From positions 149,735 to 213,734 of the forward strand of contig JBGLNJ010000001.1 in the NCBI GenBank assembly GCA_041300525.1: DNA of 64,000 nucleotides, given 5' to 3'. Position 1 is the first letter of the stretch, and each line of letters starts with the position of its first letter. Made by a program: the position numbers and the translations under genes. Positions 25,320-34,118 of this stretch are shown here, piece by piece. The notes beneath the pieces were generated by a model. It worked only from the letters and a program-made list of their open reading frames with translations. It searched no databases and was not told the DNA's origin. The DNA is from Anaerolineae bacterium. Lineage in GTDB: Bacteria > Chloroflexota > Anaerolineae > Fen-1058.

Positions 25320-27416
25320 TTGCAACAATATGATCTCGGGCAGGCAGCCATTCAACCCAATGAACCCATTGTGGCAGGTTCGTTCACGACTATCTATTTC
25401 ACATATACCTGTGGACATCCCATTGATGATTCCGGGTTCATCAAAATAGCTTTTCGCAGTGTTAGTGATGTCGGTGCGCCGCAGTTCGATGACTCGGCTG
25501 CTCCCAACTACTGCCGAGTTTTTACCACGGGAGATTGCCTCATCGAGCCTCGCTGGGATTCCAGAGGGCACACCCGTCCCTGGAGTCGCGCCTTGTTTTT
25601 GCAGGTTCGCGGCGGTTTTCTGAACCAGGGGGAGAGCATCACGGTTGTCTTTGGCGATGCGATGGGAGGTTCACCAGGCTGGCAGATGCAGACCAACTGC
25701 GTCGAGAAATTCGAGTTCAAAACTCTTGTGGACCCAATCGCGACTTATCAGTTCAAAGAACTCGCCGTCTCCCCGGCCCTGAAGCTAATACCCGGAGAAC
25801 CTGTTCGAGCCATCTGCATCGCGCCATCCCAGATAAAAATCAACCAGGAGTTTTCTTATTACCTGAAGCTGGAAGATCGATGGGGAAACCCAACCGAAAA
25901 GCCCCGCCAGTTCTCCCATCCCGGCTACAAACATGAGGGTGTGCAAACCATATCGGCTCAAGACGACCATACCGGGCTGGTCGCCATCAGCAACCCGATC
26001 ATGGTGATGGCTCAAGACCCAGAACTAGGGATGTTCTGGGCCGACTTGCACGGACAATCCGAAGAGACGATCGGAGATCGAACGATTGAAGATTATTTTG
26101 GCTTTGCGAGAGATTATGGCCTGCTTGATATCGCCGCCCATTCAGGCAATGATTTCCAGGTCACCGACGAATTTTGGGACAAGATCAACGAAACGACTCG
26201 TCACTTTTATCAACCAGGCGCCTTTGTCACATTTCCAGGGTACGAATGGAGCGGGAATACACCTCTGGGCGGCGATCGCAACGTTTACTTTGAATCTGAA
26301 GGCGGCAGCATCACCCGCAGTTCAACCGAACTGTTGCCTGGAAATCAATCCGATTACAAAGATTCGCCCACCGCTTTAGAATTATTTCGAGCCTTGTCGG
26401 AACAGTCCGAGTTGAGGCCGTTTACCTTTGCCCATGTTGGGGGGCGTTATGCAAATGTTGACATGCATGACCCCGAAATCGAGGTGGCGGTAGAAATCCA
26501 TTCAGCCTGGGGCACGTTCGAATGGATACTCGAAGACGCGCTCAAAAGGGGGTACCGCGTTGGAATCTGCGCCAACTCGGATGATCACAAAGGCCGCCCG
26601 GGGGCGTCTTATCCTGGGGCGAGTGAATTTGGTTCCTTGGGCGGCCTGACATGTGTGCTGGCTTCTTCATTGGATCGCGCAAGTGTTGTCCATGCGCTGC
26701 GAGCGCGGCACTTGTATGCAACGACGGGCCATCGAGCCTTGATTGATCTAAAACTCGTGCTTCAGGGCAAACTCTTTGTGATGGGTGATGTGGTTGAGGT
26801 TGGCGCCGAGACGCCTCTTTTGCAGGCGCATATTGTCGGCGCCGCTCCACTCGACAGCGTAGAAATTCGGAACGGGTTGCAGATCGTCAAGAGACTTGTG
26901 CCGTACGATAAAGGCGATCTGGGCCGCCGGGTCAAAATCGTCTGGAGCGGCGCTCGAGTGCGCGGGCGAGATCGTCTGGTCAATTGGGATGGCAGTTTGG
27001 AGGTGCAAGGAAATTCTATTTTGGCGGCTACCCCGCTCAATTTTTGGAATGTCAATCATCCCCTTGAGCAAATCGGCCACCACAAACTTGCGTGGAAAAC
27101 AGTGACGACCGGCGGCGCGTCCGGCGTCATCCTCACTTTGGAGCGAATGGATGGGGGAACCATCAAAGTCAACACCAGCCAGGGAGACATGGAGGTTGAT
27201 GTGGCCTCCGTTGGTCTGGAACCGCGAGTTTGGGATCTTGGCGGCTTGAAAAAAGAAATAAGGATCTATCGCCTCCCAGACCAACCGGCCACGAGCGAAT
27301 TGCCGTTTAGCCTGCCCCTGACTGGGCTCCACAAAGGTGATAATCCGATCTTTATCCGCATGGTTCAGGAAGATGAACATGTGGCTTGGACGAGTCCCAT
27401 CTACTTGGTATCATAA
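25320..27416 (+). CDS. DUF3604-like (PHP-fold) metal-dependent hydrolase, function unknown
   Basis: FWADLHGQSEETIGD, FPGYEWSGN, ICANSDDHKGRPG and GGLTCVLASSLDRASVVHALRARHLYATTGHR resemble DUF3604/PHP proteins. I prefer the TTG 25320 start (GGGAGG 5 nt upstream). The track ORF starts at 25158 with an implausible Arg-rich extension. Confidence 0.55.
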   Translation: MQQYDLGQAAIQPNEPIVAGSFTTIYFTYTCGHPIDDSGFIKIAFRSVSDVGAPQFDDSAAPNYCRVFTTGDCLIEPRWDSRGHTRPWSRALFLQVRGGFLNQGESITVVFGDAMGGSPGWQMQTNCVEKFEFKTLVDPIATYQFKELAVSPALKLIPGEPVRAICIAPSQIKINQEFSYYLKLEDRWGNPTEKPRQFSHPGYKHEGVQTISAQDDHTGLVAISNPIMVMAQDPELGMFWADLHGQSEETIGDRTIEDYFGFARDYGLLDIAAHSGNDFQVTDEFWDKINETTRHFYQPGAFVTFPGYEWSGNTPLGGDRNVYFESEGGSITRSSTELLPGNQSDYKDSPTALELFRALSEQSELRPFTFAHVGGRYANVDMHDPEIEVAVEIHSAWGTFEWILEDALKRGYRVGICANSDDHKGRPGASYPGASEFGSLGGLTCVLASSLDRASVVHALRARHLYATTGHRALIDLKLVLQGKLFVMGDVVEVGAETPLLQAHIVGAAPLDSVEIRNGLQIVKRLVPYDKGDLGRRVKIVWSGARVRGRDRLVNWDGSLEVQGNSILAATPLNFWNVNHPLEQIGHHKLAWKTVTTGGASGVILTLERMDGGTIKVNTSQGDMEVDVASVGLEPRVWDLGGLKKEIRIYRLPDQPATSELPFSLPLTGLHKGDNPIFIRMVQEDEHVAWTSPIYLVS

Positions 27417-27459
27417 TTTGTGAGAGCGAACAAGTCCTCATGAGAAACAGTTCGGAGAT

Positions 27460-27792
27460 TTGCCTATGTCAGATTCTCAACAGTATCTCTACCTCATCCA
27501 GCCAACACGGATGGCTATGCTCGCCGACGGCCCAACGCCGCAAGAAGAAGAAACCATCGCGCGGCATTTTGACTACCTCAAGGCGCTCGTCGAGCGAGGC
27601 ATCGTCATCCTCGCCGGCCGCACCCTCAACACCGACGAGAGCAGTTTCGGCATCGTCATCTTCATGGCCGAATCCGAGGAAGCAGCGCGCGCCATCATGA
27701 GCAACGATCCTGCGGTCGAGGTCGGCGTCATGCACGCCCAGCTATTTCCGTATCGCATTGCATTGATGGTAGATCGAGGGGCACACTGCTAA
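27460..27792 (+). CDS. YciI family protein
   Basis: 110 aa. YLYLIQP...HFDYLKALVERGIVILAGRT...GIVIFMAESEEAARAIMSNDPAV is a typical YciI-like fold signature. Confidence 0.75.
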   Translation: MPMSDSQQYLYLIQPTRMAMLADGPTPQEEETIARHFDYLKALVERGIVILAGRTLNTDESSFGIVIFMAESEEAARAIMSNDPAVEVGVMHAQLFPYRIALMVDRGAHC

Positions 27793-27809
27793 AAAAGATT
27801 GACTGCGTA

Positions 27810-28154
27810 ATGATCAAGGTGGACGATGTCGAGGCCGCAGTGCGCTACTACTCTGATGTGTTCGGCCTACGCCCACCGTGGTGAGATGAGACATCGGTCG
27901 GTCTGGGGTTGCCCGACACCGACGCCGAGATCGTCCTGCACTGCCATCCAGACGTTCCCAACCAGATCCAAGTGTACTACCTGGTTGACGATGTGATCTC
28001 GGCCGTGCGAGCCCTGGAGCAGCGTGGCTGTCACATCCTGAGCGGGCCGTTCGAAATCCCGATTGGACAGGGCGCGGTGATCGCCGACCCTTTCGGCACG
28101 CGGTTGTGCATCCTGGACATGACCAAAGGTCCACGGCAGCCCTGCGACGGGTGA
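27810..28154 (+). pseudogene. VOC/glyoxalase-family gene interrupted by an in-frame TGA (27882-27884)
   Basis: ATG 27810 gives MIKVDDVEAAVRYYSDVFGLRPPW*DETSVGLGLPDTDAEIVLH..., the same frame as track ORF 27909-28154. Both halves are needed for one VOC beta-alpha-beta-beta-beta module pair. Confidence 0.65.
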
Positions 28155-29022
28155 GTCGCGCCATGAGCGGCCCGGCTTCAACTTCCCCATCCGCGCTTCA
28201 TGGCATCGCCGTTTTTGCCCTTGTCAGATTCGAGCCTGCTCCTCGCCGCGAAGCTGGTCGAGCATGTGTTCAATCCGATGCTGAACATATCAGGGGTGTT
28301 TGAACAAAGAGGACAAAGCAATTACGTGATTACCAAACAAGAACATTGGTGCTACTATATCAACATTGCCCCTGAGAGAGTCGTCGTATTCGGCCAACGC
28401 CGAACCACACCCATCGCTGCGGGGTGAAGCATGGAACTCACACTGACCGTCGAAACCAAAATGATCGGCCAGAAAAAGGCTGGCGACCGCTGGCTTATGC
28501 CCCTGTCGCCTTCCGATTCTGAACAGTTGCTTTTGCGCGATTTGATTGCCCGCATTGTGCGAACTCAAGTTGCGGTGCTACCATTTTTGACGTGTGATAA
28601 TTCTTGGTTGGGGTGGAGGGGGCCTTGTGAGGCTTCGAGTGCGCGCTGAGATGGCATCGAGTGCCGATTTGTATCGAGGGCAATCGTTGGCTCTCGTTAT
28701 TTCAGCGGGCAGTCAACCCTGCCGTCCCGTCGGTTGAGTCACGGACCAACGGGGAAAGCTAGCAACTCCTGGACGGACCAGGTGTGATCCGTGTGACCCT
28801 CTGCCTCTTGTCCAGTCGTCACATACATGTTGAATCGGGCAGAGTGCGGTAAAAGTCAAGAGGCAATTTTGACCGCACGACGCGCCTAAACAACTGTAAC
28901 CGAGACGCACTTGAATATACCTGCCCGGGTCGTTCTTTTTTGACGCTGGGGGTGGATCAACCGTGTATAGCAGTGAGCGATTCTGGCGGATGCGAATCGC
29001 TGACCGATGGATTGGGTCAAAG

Positions 29023-29170
29023 TCAATTCGCCTTCCTTGGGCGATAGGCTTCGTGACAGTGTAACAGCCTGACGACGAGGCCTATGCTCTTGCGAGCCGT
29101 CAAGACCAGAGCGCGCTTGTGCTTGAAGGCCTCCCGATACTTGCGGACGTAGTCGTTGGTTCGAATCCGT
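29023..29170 (-). mobile_element. Possible C-terminal remnant of an IS110-family transposase
   Basis: NDYVRKYREAFKHKRALVLTARKSIGLVVRLLHCHEAYRPRK resembles the conserved IS110 C-terminus (Y..r...gK...AlvA.ARKL...v..ml). No upstream DEDD domain is present. Confidence 0.35.
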
Positions 29171-29251
29171 TCCCCTGATTGTAGAGATACCGTAGACCGA
29201 TTCGCGAGACTACGGCATCTTGGTCCTGTCGGTGCGTCGTCACACGCTAAA

Positions 29252-29295
29252 CACCCGCAATGGAGACGAACGAGTCTCTTCAGCGGGTGTTTTCG
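29252..29295 (+). terminator. Terminator-like hairpin upstream of the comEC promoter
   Basis: CACCCGC-aatGGAGACgaacgaGTCTCttca-GCGGGTG followed by TTTTCGT. Confidence 0.45.
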
Positions 29296-29309
29296 TCGTA
29301 ATGAAAATG

Positions 29310-29318
29310 TGATAAAAT
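29310..29318 (+). promoter_or_regulatory. Extended -10 element (TGaTAAAAT) placed for a leaderless comEC mRNA
   Basis: The -10 ends 6 nt before ATG 29325. No Shine-Dalgarno can fit in that space. Confidence 0.4.
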
Positions 29319-29324
29319 TGTCAC

Positions 29325-31634
29325 ATGGCAATGCCCCTCATCCCGATCACACTCGTATGGCTCCTCGGCCTCTGGCTCGCGTCGCGCCTTGCGTTGCCCA
29401 CCCTCGCGCTCGGCGTTGCGACACTCAACCTCGCCCAACCGCGCTTTGATCAGACCACGCTGGCGACATATAACGACCAGCAAAAATCTGTGATCGTCGA
29501 AGGCATCGTCGTCAGTGAGCCGGACGCGCGCGACACGTACACCAACCTGCGCGTCGAGGCGGACCATCTCCTCATCTCCAATCTCAGCGAGAGTGTAACA
29601 CGCACGGTAGAAGGCCTCATCCTCATCCAAGCCCCCGCGTTCACCGATTACCGCTACGGTGACCGGATTCGCGCCGAAGGCAAACTCCAGACGCCGACCG
29701 ACTCGCCTGACTTTTCCTATCGCGAGTACCTCGCTCGACAGGGCGTGTATTCGCTCATGTCGCGCCCGCGCGTGACGACACTCGCGCGCGATCAAGGCTT
29801 TGCTCCGCTGGCATGGCTCTACTCGTTCAAGGCTCGTGCGAAAAACGTCATCGCGCAAATTCTGCCCGAGCCGCAGGCCTCGCTGCTCACTGGCATTTTG
29901 CTGGGCGATGATTCCGGTATTCCCAAGAGCGTGCAGGAAGCATTTCGCACGACGGGCACCTCGCACGTGATCGCGATCAGCGGCTACAACGTCACGATTT
30001 TGATCGGGCTGATGAGCCTGGCCGCGGTGCGGCTGTTTGGCAAGCGGCGCGCGTTTTACGTCCTGGCCGTCGGTCTGCTGACATACATGGTGCTCGTCGG
30101 CGCGTCGGCCTCGGTGGTGCGAGCTGTGATCATGGGCATTGCCTTTTTGCTGGCGGCGCAGGTGGGACGACAGGGCCTCGCGCTCAACACGCTTTTCGTC
30201 ACTGGCTTGGTGATGACAGTCTATGATCCGATGTGGCTGTGGGACGTAGGCTTTCAGCTCAGCTTTGTGGCGACGCTGGGACTGATCCTTTACGCGACGC
30301 CGCTGCAAAAGACCTTTGAGGCGTGGCTCTCGCGCGTGCTGCCGACCGAGCGCGTCAAGCCGGTGATGGATGTGCTCTCGGATGCGCTGTTGGTGACGCT
30401 GGCCGCGCAGATCACGACGATCCCGCTGCTGGCGTACTATTTCAAGCAGTTCTCGTTCGTCTCGCTGCTGACGAATGCACTGGTGCTGCCCGCGCAGCCG
30501 GGACTGATGGTGACCGGCGGGCTGGCGCTGCTGGTCGGACTCGTTTGGATTCCGCTGGGTCAAGTGCTGGGCTGGTTGGCGTGGTTGTTCCTGGCGTGGA
30601 CGACGAGCGTCATCGAGTTGACGGCCAGGATTCCGGGCGCGGCGGTGCGATTGGGCGACATGAGCGTCGGCTGGATCGCCGGCTATTACGCGCTGCTGGG
30701 CGCGGTGACGTGGTGGCTCAGGCAGCCGGCTGACCAACGGCCCAATCCGCGCCAGATGCTTGCGTGGATCACGGCCCGGCTCACGCGGCGCAATGTCCTC
30801 GTCGCGGCGTTGATGGCGGTCGCGTTGATGGCCGTCGCGCTCGTGCAGTTGCCCGACGGCAAACTGCACGTGTATTTCCTCGACGTGGGGCAAGGGGATG
30901 CGATTTTCATCGTCACGCCGCAAGGCCGACAGATTCTTGTAGACGGCGGGCCGGCGCCCTCGGTGATCCTCAACCAGCTTGCGCGACATACGCCGTTCTG
31001 GGATCGCAGCCTCGACCTCGTCGTCGCCACGTCGTCGGATGCCGATCACCTGGCGGGACTCGTGGCCGTGTTGGAACGGTACCAGGTGAGCGGAGTGCTG
31101 GCGGCCGAGTGGCCTAGCCATGCTCGCGCTCCAGCGGTTGCGCGGTGGTCGCAACTCGTTGCCGAGCGCCGCCCGTCGCGCATCCAACCTCAGGCGGGGA
31201 TCAAGCTCCAGATCGAGCCGGGCGTGGAGATGACGCTGCTTCACCCTCCCACAGGCGCGGACACGGCTGCATCACTTTCGAGCAATGACGCCAGCCTTGT
31301 TACGCGGTTGACGTGTGGAGGCATCTCGTTCCTGCTCACAGGCGATGTGGAAGCAGTGGGTGAGGAAATGCTGATGCGTTCTGGACGCCTGCAGCCCACC
31401 ACCGTTTTGAAGGCTGCCCATCACGGCTCCAAGACCTCGACCTCGCTAGAGTTCCTCACTTTGACCGACCCGCTGCTCGTCGTGATCTCTGTCGGCGCAG
31501 GCAATACGTTCGGCCATCCTTCGCCCGAAGTGTTGACGTTACTGGCCGGCCGGCGGGTGTTGCGCACCGATCAATCCGGCACGGTCGAAATCGCCAGCGA
31601 TGGGACGCGGTTGTGGATCAAAACGGAACGGTGA
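29325..31634 (+). CDS. comEC: DNA internalisation competence protein ComEC/Rec2 (with C-terminal metallo-beta-lactamase domain)
   Basis: 769 aa. Competence-domain motif FRTTGTSHVIAISGYNVTIL, multiple TM helices, and the MBL motif HVYFLDVGQGDAIFIVTPQGRQILVDGG ... KAAHHGS. Confidence 0.9.
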   Translation: MAMPLIPITLVWLLGLWLASRLALPTLALGVATLNLAQPRFDQTTLATYNDQQKSVIVEGIVVSEPDARDTYTNLRVEADHLLISNLSESVTRTVEGLILIQAPAFTDYRYGDRIRAEGKLQTPTDSPDFSYREYLARQGVYSLMSRPRVTTLARDQGFAPLAWLYSFKARAKNVIAQILPEPQASLLTGILLGDDSGIPKSVQEAFRTTGTSHVIAISGYNVTILIGLMSLAAVRLFGKRRAFYVLAVGLLTYMVLVGASASVVRAVIMGIAFLLAAQVGRQGLALNTLFVTGLVMTVYDPMWLWDVGFQLSFVATLGLILYATPLQKTFEAWLSRVLPTERVKPVMDVLSDALLVTLAAQITTIPLLAYYFKQFSFVSLLTNALVLPAQPGLMVTGGLALLVGLVWIPLGQVLGWLAWLFLAWTTSVIELTARIPGAAVRLGDMSVGWIAGYYALLGAVTWWLRQPADQRPNPRQMLAWITARLTRRNVLVAALMAVALMAVALVQLPDGKLHVYFLDVGQGDAIFIVTPQGRQILVDGGPAPSVILNQLARHTPFWDRSLDLVVATSSDADHLAGLVAVLERYQVSGVLAAEWPSHARAPAVARWSQLVAERRPSRIQPQAGIKLQIEPGVEMTLLHPPTGADTAASLSSNDASLVTRLTCGGISFLLTGDVEAVGEEMLMRSGRLQPTTVLKAAHHGSKTSTSLEFLTLTDPLLVVISVGAGNTFGHPSPEVLTLLAGRRVLRTDQSGTVEIASDGTRLWIKTER

Positions 31635-31829
31635 ACACGGACCTTTGCTATCTATCGCAGGTTGGAGCAGCACGATACAACCAACGCCCCCACAAGGTCA
31701 CAGATCGCCGTAGCGTCAATGAAATGTGGTACAATGGTAGCCGCATATCCGATATACGCCAACGGATTGCCGAGAGTTGGCAAAACCCCCGTGTGTGGGC
31801 TTGATGCTCACCGTCGTCTTTTCGCTCAA

Positions 31830-31878
31830 AAGCGGCCAAGGGTCAGTTGAAAACTCGACCCTTGACCGCTTTTTGTTT
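31830..31878 (+). terminator. Rho-independent terminator (or attenuator) between comEC and the small ORF
   Basis: AAGCGGCCAAGGGTC-agttgaaaactc-GACCCTTGACCGCTT followed by TTTTTGTTT. Confidence 0.65.
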
Positions 31879-31919
31879 GGGCTGACAGGTCTCGCCGTTA
31901 GCCCATTGATGGAGGAAAA

Positions 31920-32225
31920 ATGGATAAAGTCGGCACACGGCTTTGGGACCGGGGGAAGGTGTACAAGGGGGATGAGCGTATCGCCGAGGTAGTCTACGCT
32001 CTGGAGGTCATCGAGAAGACGGTTGGCGGCACGGAGCAGCAGGAGATTACCGGCCAGGTCAGAGTCGTTGCGGGCACGCGGAATTTGATCAATGAGGGCG
32101 TCTTGACCTTGCAACTGGGTGGTGGCCGTACATGGGAGTTCCTGGCATCGCGCGATATGGGTTCGGGAGTGTATAACGTTCTGGGTGCAAGCAACGCGAG
32201 TCTCATAAATGATTTTCCGCAATAG
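31920..32225 (+). CDS. Hypothetical small protein (101 aa)
   Basis: GGAGG 5 nt upstream of the ATG, with no overlapping better ORF. I recognise no family. Confidence 0.5.
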   Translation: MDKVGTRLWDRGKVYKGDERIAEVVYALEVIEKTVGGTEQQEITGQVRVVAGTRNLINEGVLTLQLGGGRTWEFLASRDMGSGVYNVLGASNASLINDFPQ

Positions 32226-32252
32226 TGCAAAACTATTGAACAAGTAAACGCC

Positions 32253-34118
32253 CTACTCCACCGTCACCGACTTGGCCAGGTTCCTCGGTTGATCCACGTC
32301 GCACCCGCGCCGGACGGCGGTGTGATACGCCAGCAGTTGCATCGGCAGAACTGTGAGCACCGGCGTCAGGAGCGGCGAGGTCTGCGGCACGTACAGCACG
32401 TGGTCGGCCTTGCGGCGGATCGCCTCGTCGCCCTCCGTCGCCACGGCGATGACGATCCCACCCCGCGCCTTGACTTGTTCGATCTGGCTCACCATCTTGT
32501 CGTATACGCCATCGCGCACGGCCAGCGTCACCACCGGCATCCGCTCGTCAATCAGCGCAATCGGCCCATGCTTCATCTCGCCGGCCGGATAGCCTTCCGC
32601 ATGGATGTAGCTGATCTCTTTGAGCTTGAGCGCGCCTTCCAGCGCAACCGGATAGTTGATCCCTCGTCCCAGATACAGGAAATGCTCGCGGTCGTGGAAC
32701 AGGTTCGCCAGTTCCTCATAGATCGTCGGTCTGACCTCTGATCGCGCATCGCCCAGCACTCGCCCCATCAAGTCCGGCAAGCAGACCAAATCATCCACGA
32801 GCGTCCTCGTGCGGGCGGCATCCAGCGTTCCCCGCAGTTGCCCCAGGTACACGCCCAGCAGGTACTCGTCCACCAGCGAGGCGGTGAACGCCTTGGTGGA
32901 AGCCACGCCGATTTCCGGCCCGGCCTGCATGAGGATGAACCCATCCGAAAGGCGATGCGTCTGCGAGCCGATGGCATTGACGATGCTCCACAGCCTGGCC
33001 CCTTTGCCGCGCGCTTCTTCCATCGCCGCCAGCGTGTCCACCGTCTCGCCGGACTGGGTGATTGCCAGCACGGCCGTGTTCGGCCCGATGATGGGATCAC
33101 GATAGCGGAACTCGCTGCCATAGTCCACTTCCACCGGCACGCGCGCAAGCTGTTCGATGATAAACTTGCCCACGAGCGCGGAATAGTATGACGTGCCGCA
33201 AGCCGTGATAAAGATCTTTTCGATCTGGCGCGCTTCGCCGGCCGTCAGGCACAAATCGTCAAGGCTGACCGTCCCATGCTGCAAGTCCACTCGGCCCCGG
33301 ATCGTGTCCGTCACCGAGCGGGCCTGCTCATAGATTTCCTTCTGCATGAAATGGCGGTACTCGCCTCGCGCGGCGCTGACCGGATCGTAGGGGATCGTGT
33401 GCACCGGAAGCTCGACGCGCTCACCCGTGTCGAGCGCGATGACCTTGAGTCCGTCGCGCAAAACGACGGTCATCTGCCGGTTTTCGAGAAAGATCATCTG
33501 CCGCGTGTGATCGAGGATAGCGGGCAGGTCGGACGCGATGAACATTTCTCCCCGCCCCACGCCCACCGTCACGCCGCCCGCGTTGCCGATGCGCGAAGCG
33601 ATCACGCGGTCGGGCTGGCGGCGATCCATCAGCACGACGGCCTGCGCGCCCTTGAGCCGCAAGAGCGCACTGCGCGCCGCGTCCTCAAACGATTGGCCGT
33701 CCCGCATGTTTTGCTCGACGAGGTGCACAATCGTCTCGGTGTCCGTCTCTGAAGCGAAGGCATGTCCCTGCGCGACCAACTCCTGGCGCAGCGAAAAAAA
33801 GTTCTCCACGATGCCGTTGTGAATCACGACGAGGTCGCCGGTGCAATCGGTATGCGGGTGCGCGTTGATCTCGTTGGGCTGGCCGTGCGTGGCCCAGCGC
33901 GTGTGGCCGATGCCCACGTGACCTTCGAGTGGCTGCTCACTCAGCTTGCGTTCGAGGTTGGACAGTTTGCCCATGTCGCGCCGCCTTGCGATGCGGCCAT
34001 CCTGGCCGACCACCGCGATGCCGGCGCTATCATAACCGCGATACTCCAGACGCTTGAGACCTTCCAAGATAATCGGCGTGGCCTGGCGCGGGCCGATGTA
34101 ACCTACAATACCACACAT
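32253..34118 (-). CDS. glmS: Glutamine--fructose-6-phosphate aminotransferase (isomerising)
   Basis: MCGIVGYIG N-terminal nucleophile, two SIS domains, and C-terminal ...PRNLAKSVTVE. The start is reset to ATG 34118 (GGAGG upstream). The track ORF is 20 codons longer. Confidence 0.95.
   Translation of the reverse strand: MCGIVGYIGPRQATPIILEGLKRLEYRGYDSAGIAVVGQDGRIARRRDMGKLSNLERKLSEQPLEGHVGIGHTRWATHGQPNEINAHPHTDCTGDLVVIHNGIVENFFSLRQELVAQGHAFASETDTETIVHLVEQNMRDGQSFEDAARSALLRLKGAQAVVLMDRRQPDRVIASRIGNAGGVTVGVGRGEMFIASDLPAILDHTRQMIFLENRQMTVVLRDGLKVIALDTGERVELPVHTIPYDPVSAARGEYRHFMQKEIYEQARSVTDTIRGRVDLQHGTVSLDDLCLTAGEARQIEKIFITACGTSYYSALVGKFIIEQLARVPVEVDYGSEFRYRDPIIGPNTAVLAITQSGETVDTLAAMEEARGKGARLWSIVNAIGSQTHRLSDGFILMQAGPEIGVASTKAFTASLVDEYLLGVYLGQLRGTLDAARTRTLVDDLVCLPDLMGRVLGDARSEVRPTIYEELANLFHDREHFLYLGRGINYPVALEGALKLKEISYIHAEGYPAGEMKHGPIALIDERMPVVTLAVRDGVYDKMVSQIEQVKARGGIVIAVATEGDEAIRRKADHVLYVPQTSPLLTPVLTVLPMQLLAYHTAVRRGCDVDQPRNLAKSVTVE

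Noticed and set aside
27882-27884. Selenocysteine or recoded TGA in the VOC gene
   Set aside because: VOC enzymes are not known selenoproteins and I saw no obvious SECIS-like hairpin directly downstream. A nonsense mutation or sequencing error is more parsimonious. The point is kept as a low-interest finding for checking.
28639-28700. Group II intron 5' end (GTGCG at 28639)
   Set aside because: I found no domain V-like sequence, no reverse transcriptase or maturase ORF and no other conserved intron elements. GTGCG alone is expected by chance in GC-rich DNA.
29157-29177. tRNA gene (GGTTCGAATCC T-loop string followed by an acceptor-like GTTCCCC)
   Set aside because: The T-stem cannot pair (GTT versus the required AAC). 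No matching 5' acceptor, D-arm or anticodon arm is present upstream. It may be an att-like 3' fragment or a coincidence within an IS110-like scrap.
29308-29325. CRP/FNR-type operator TGTGA-N-TCACA upstream of comEC
   Set aside because: The spacing between half-sites is 8 nt rather than 6, and the left half overlaps the extended -10. It is more simply explained as the promoter itself.
29280-31244. 654-aa minus-strand ORF opposite comEC
   Set aside because: It is an Arg/His/Gln-rich shadow ORF typical of antisense frames in high-GC genes. ComEC motifs on the plus strand are unambiguous. The same reasoning applies to 49055-50431, 34553-35716, 46412-47809, 56451-57665, 42758-43780 and 59616-60536.
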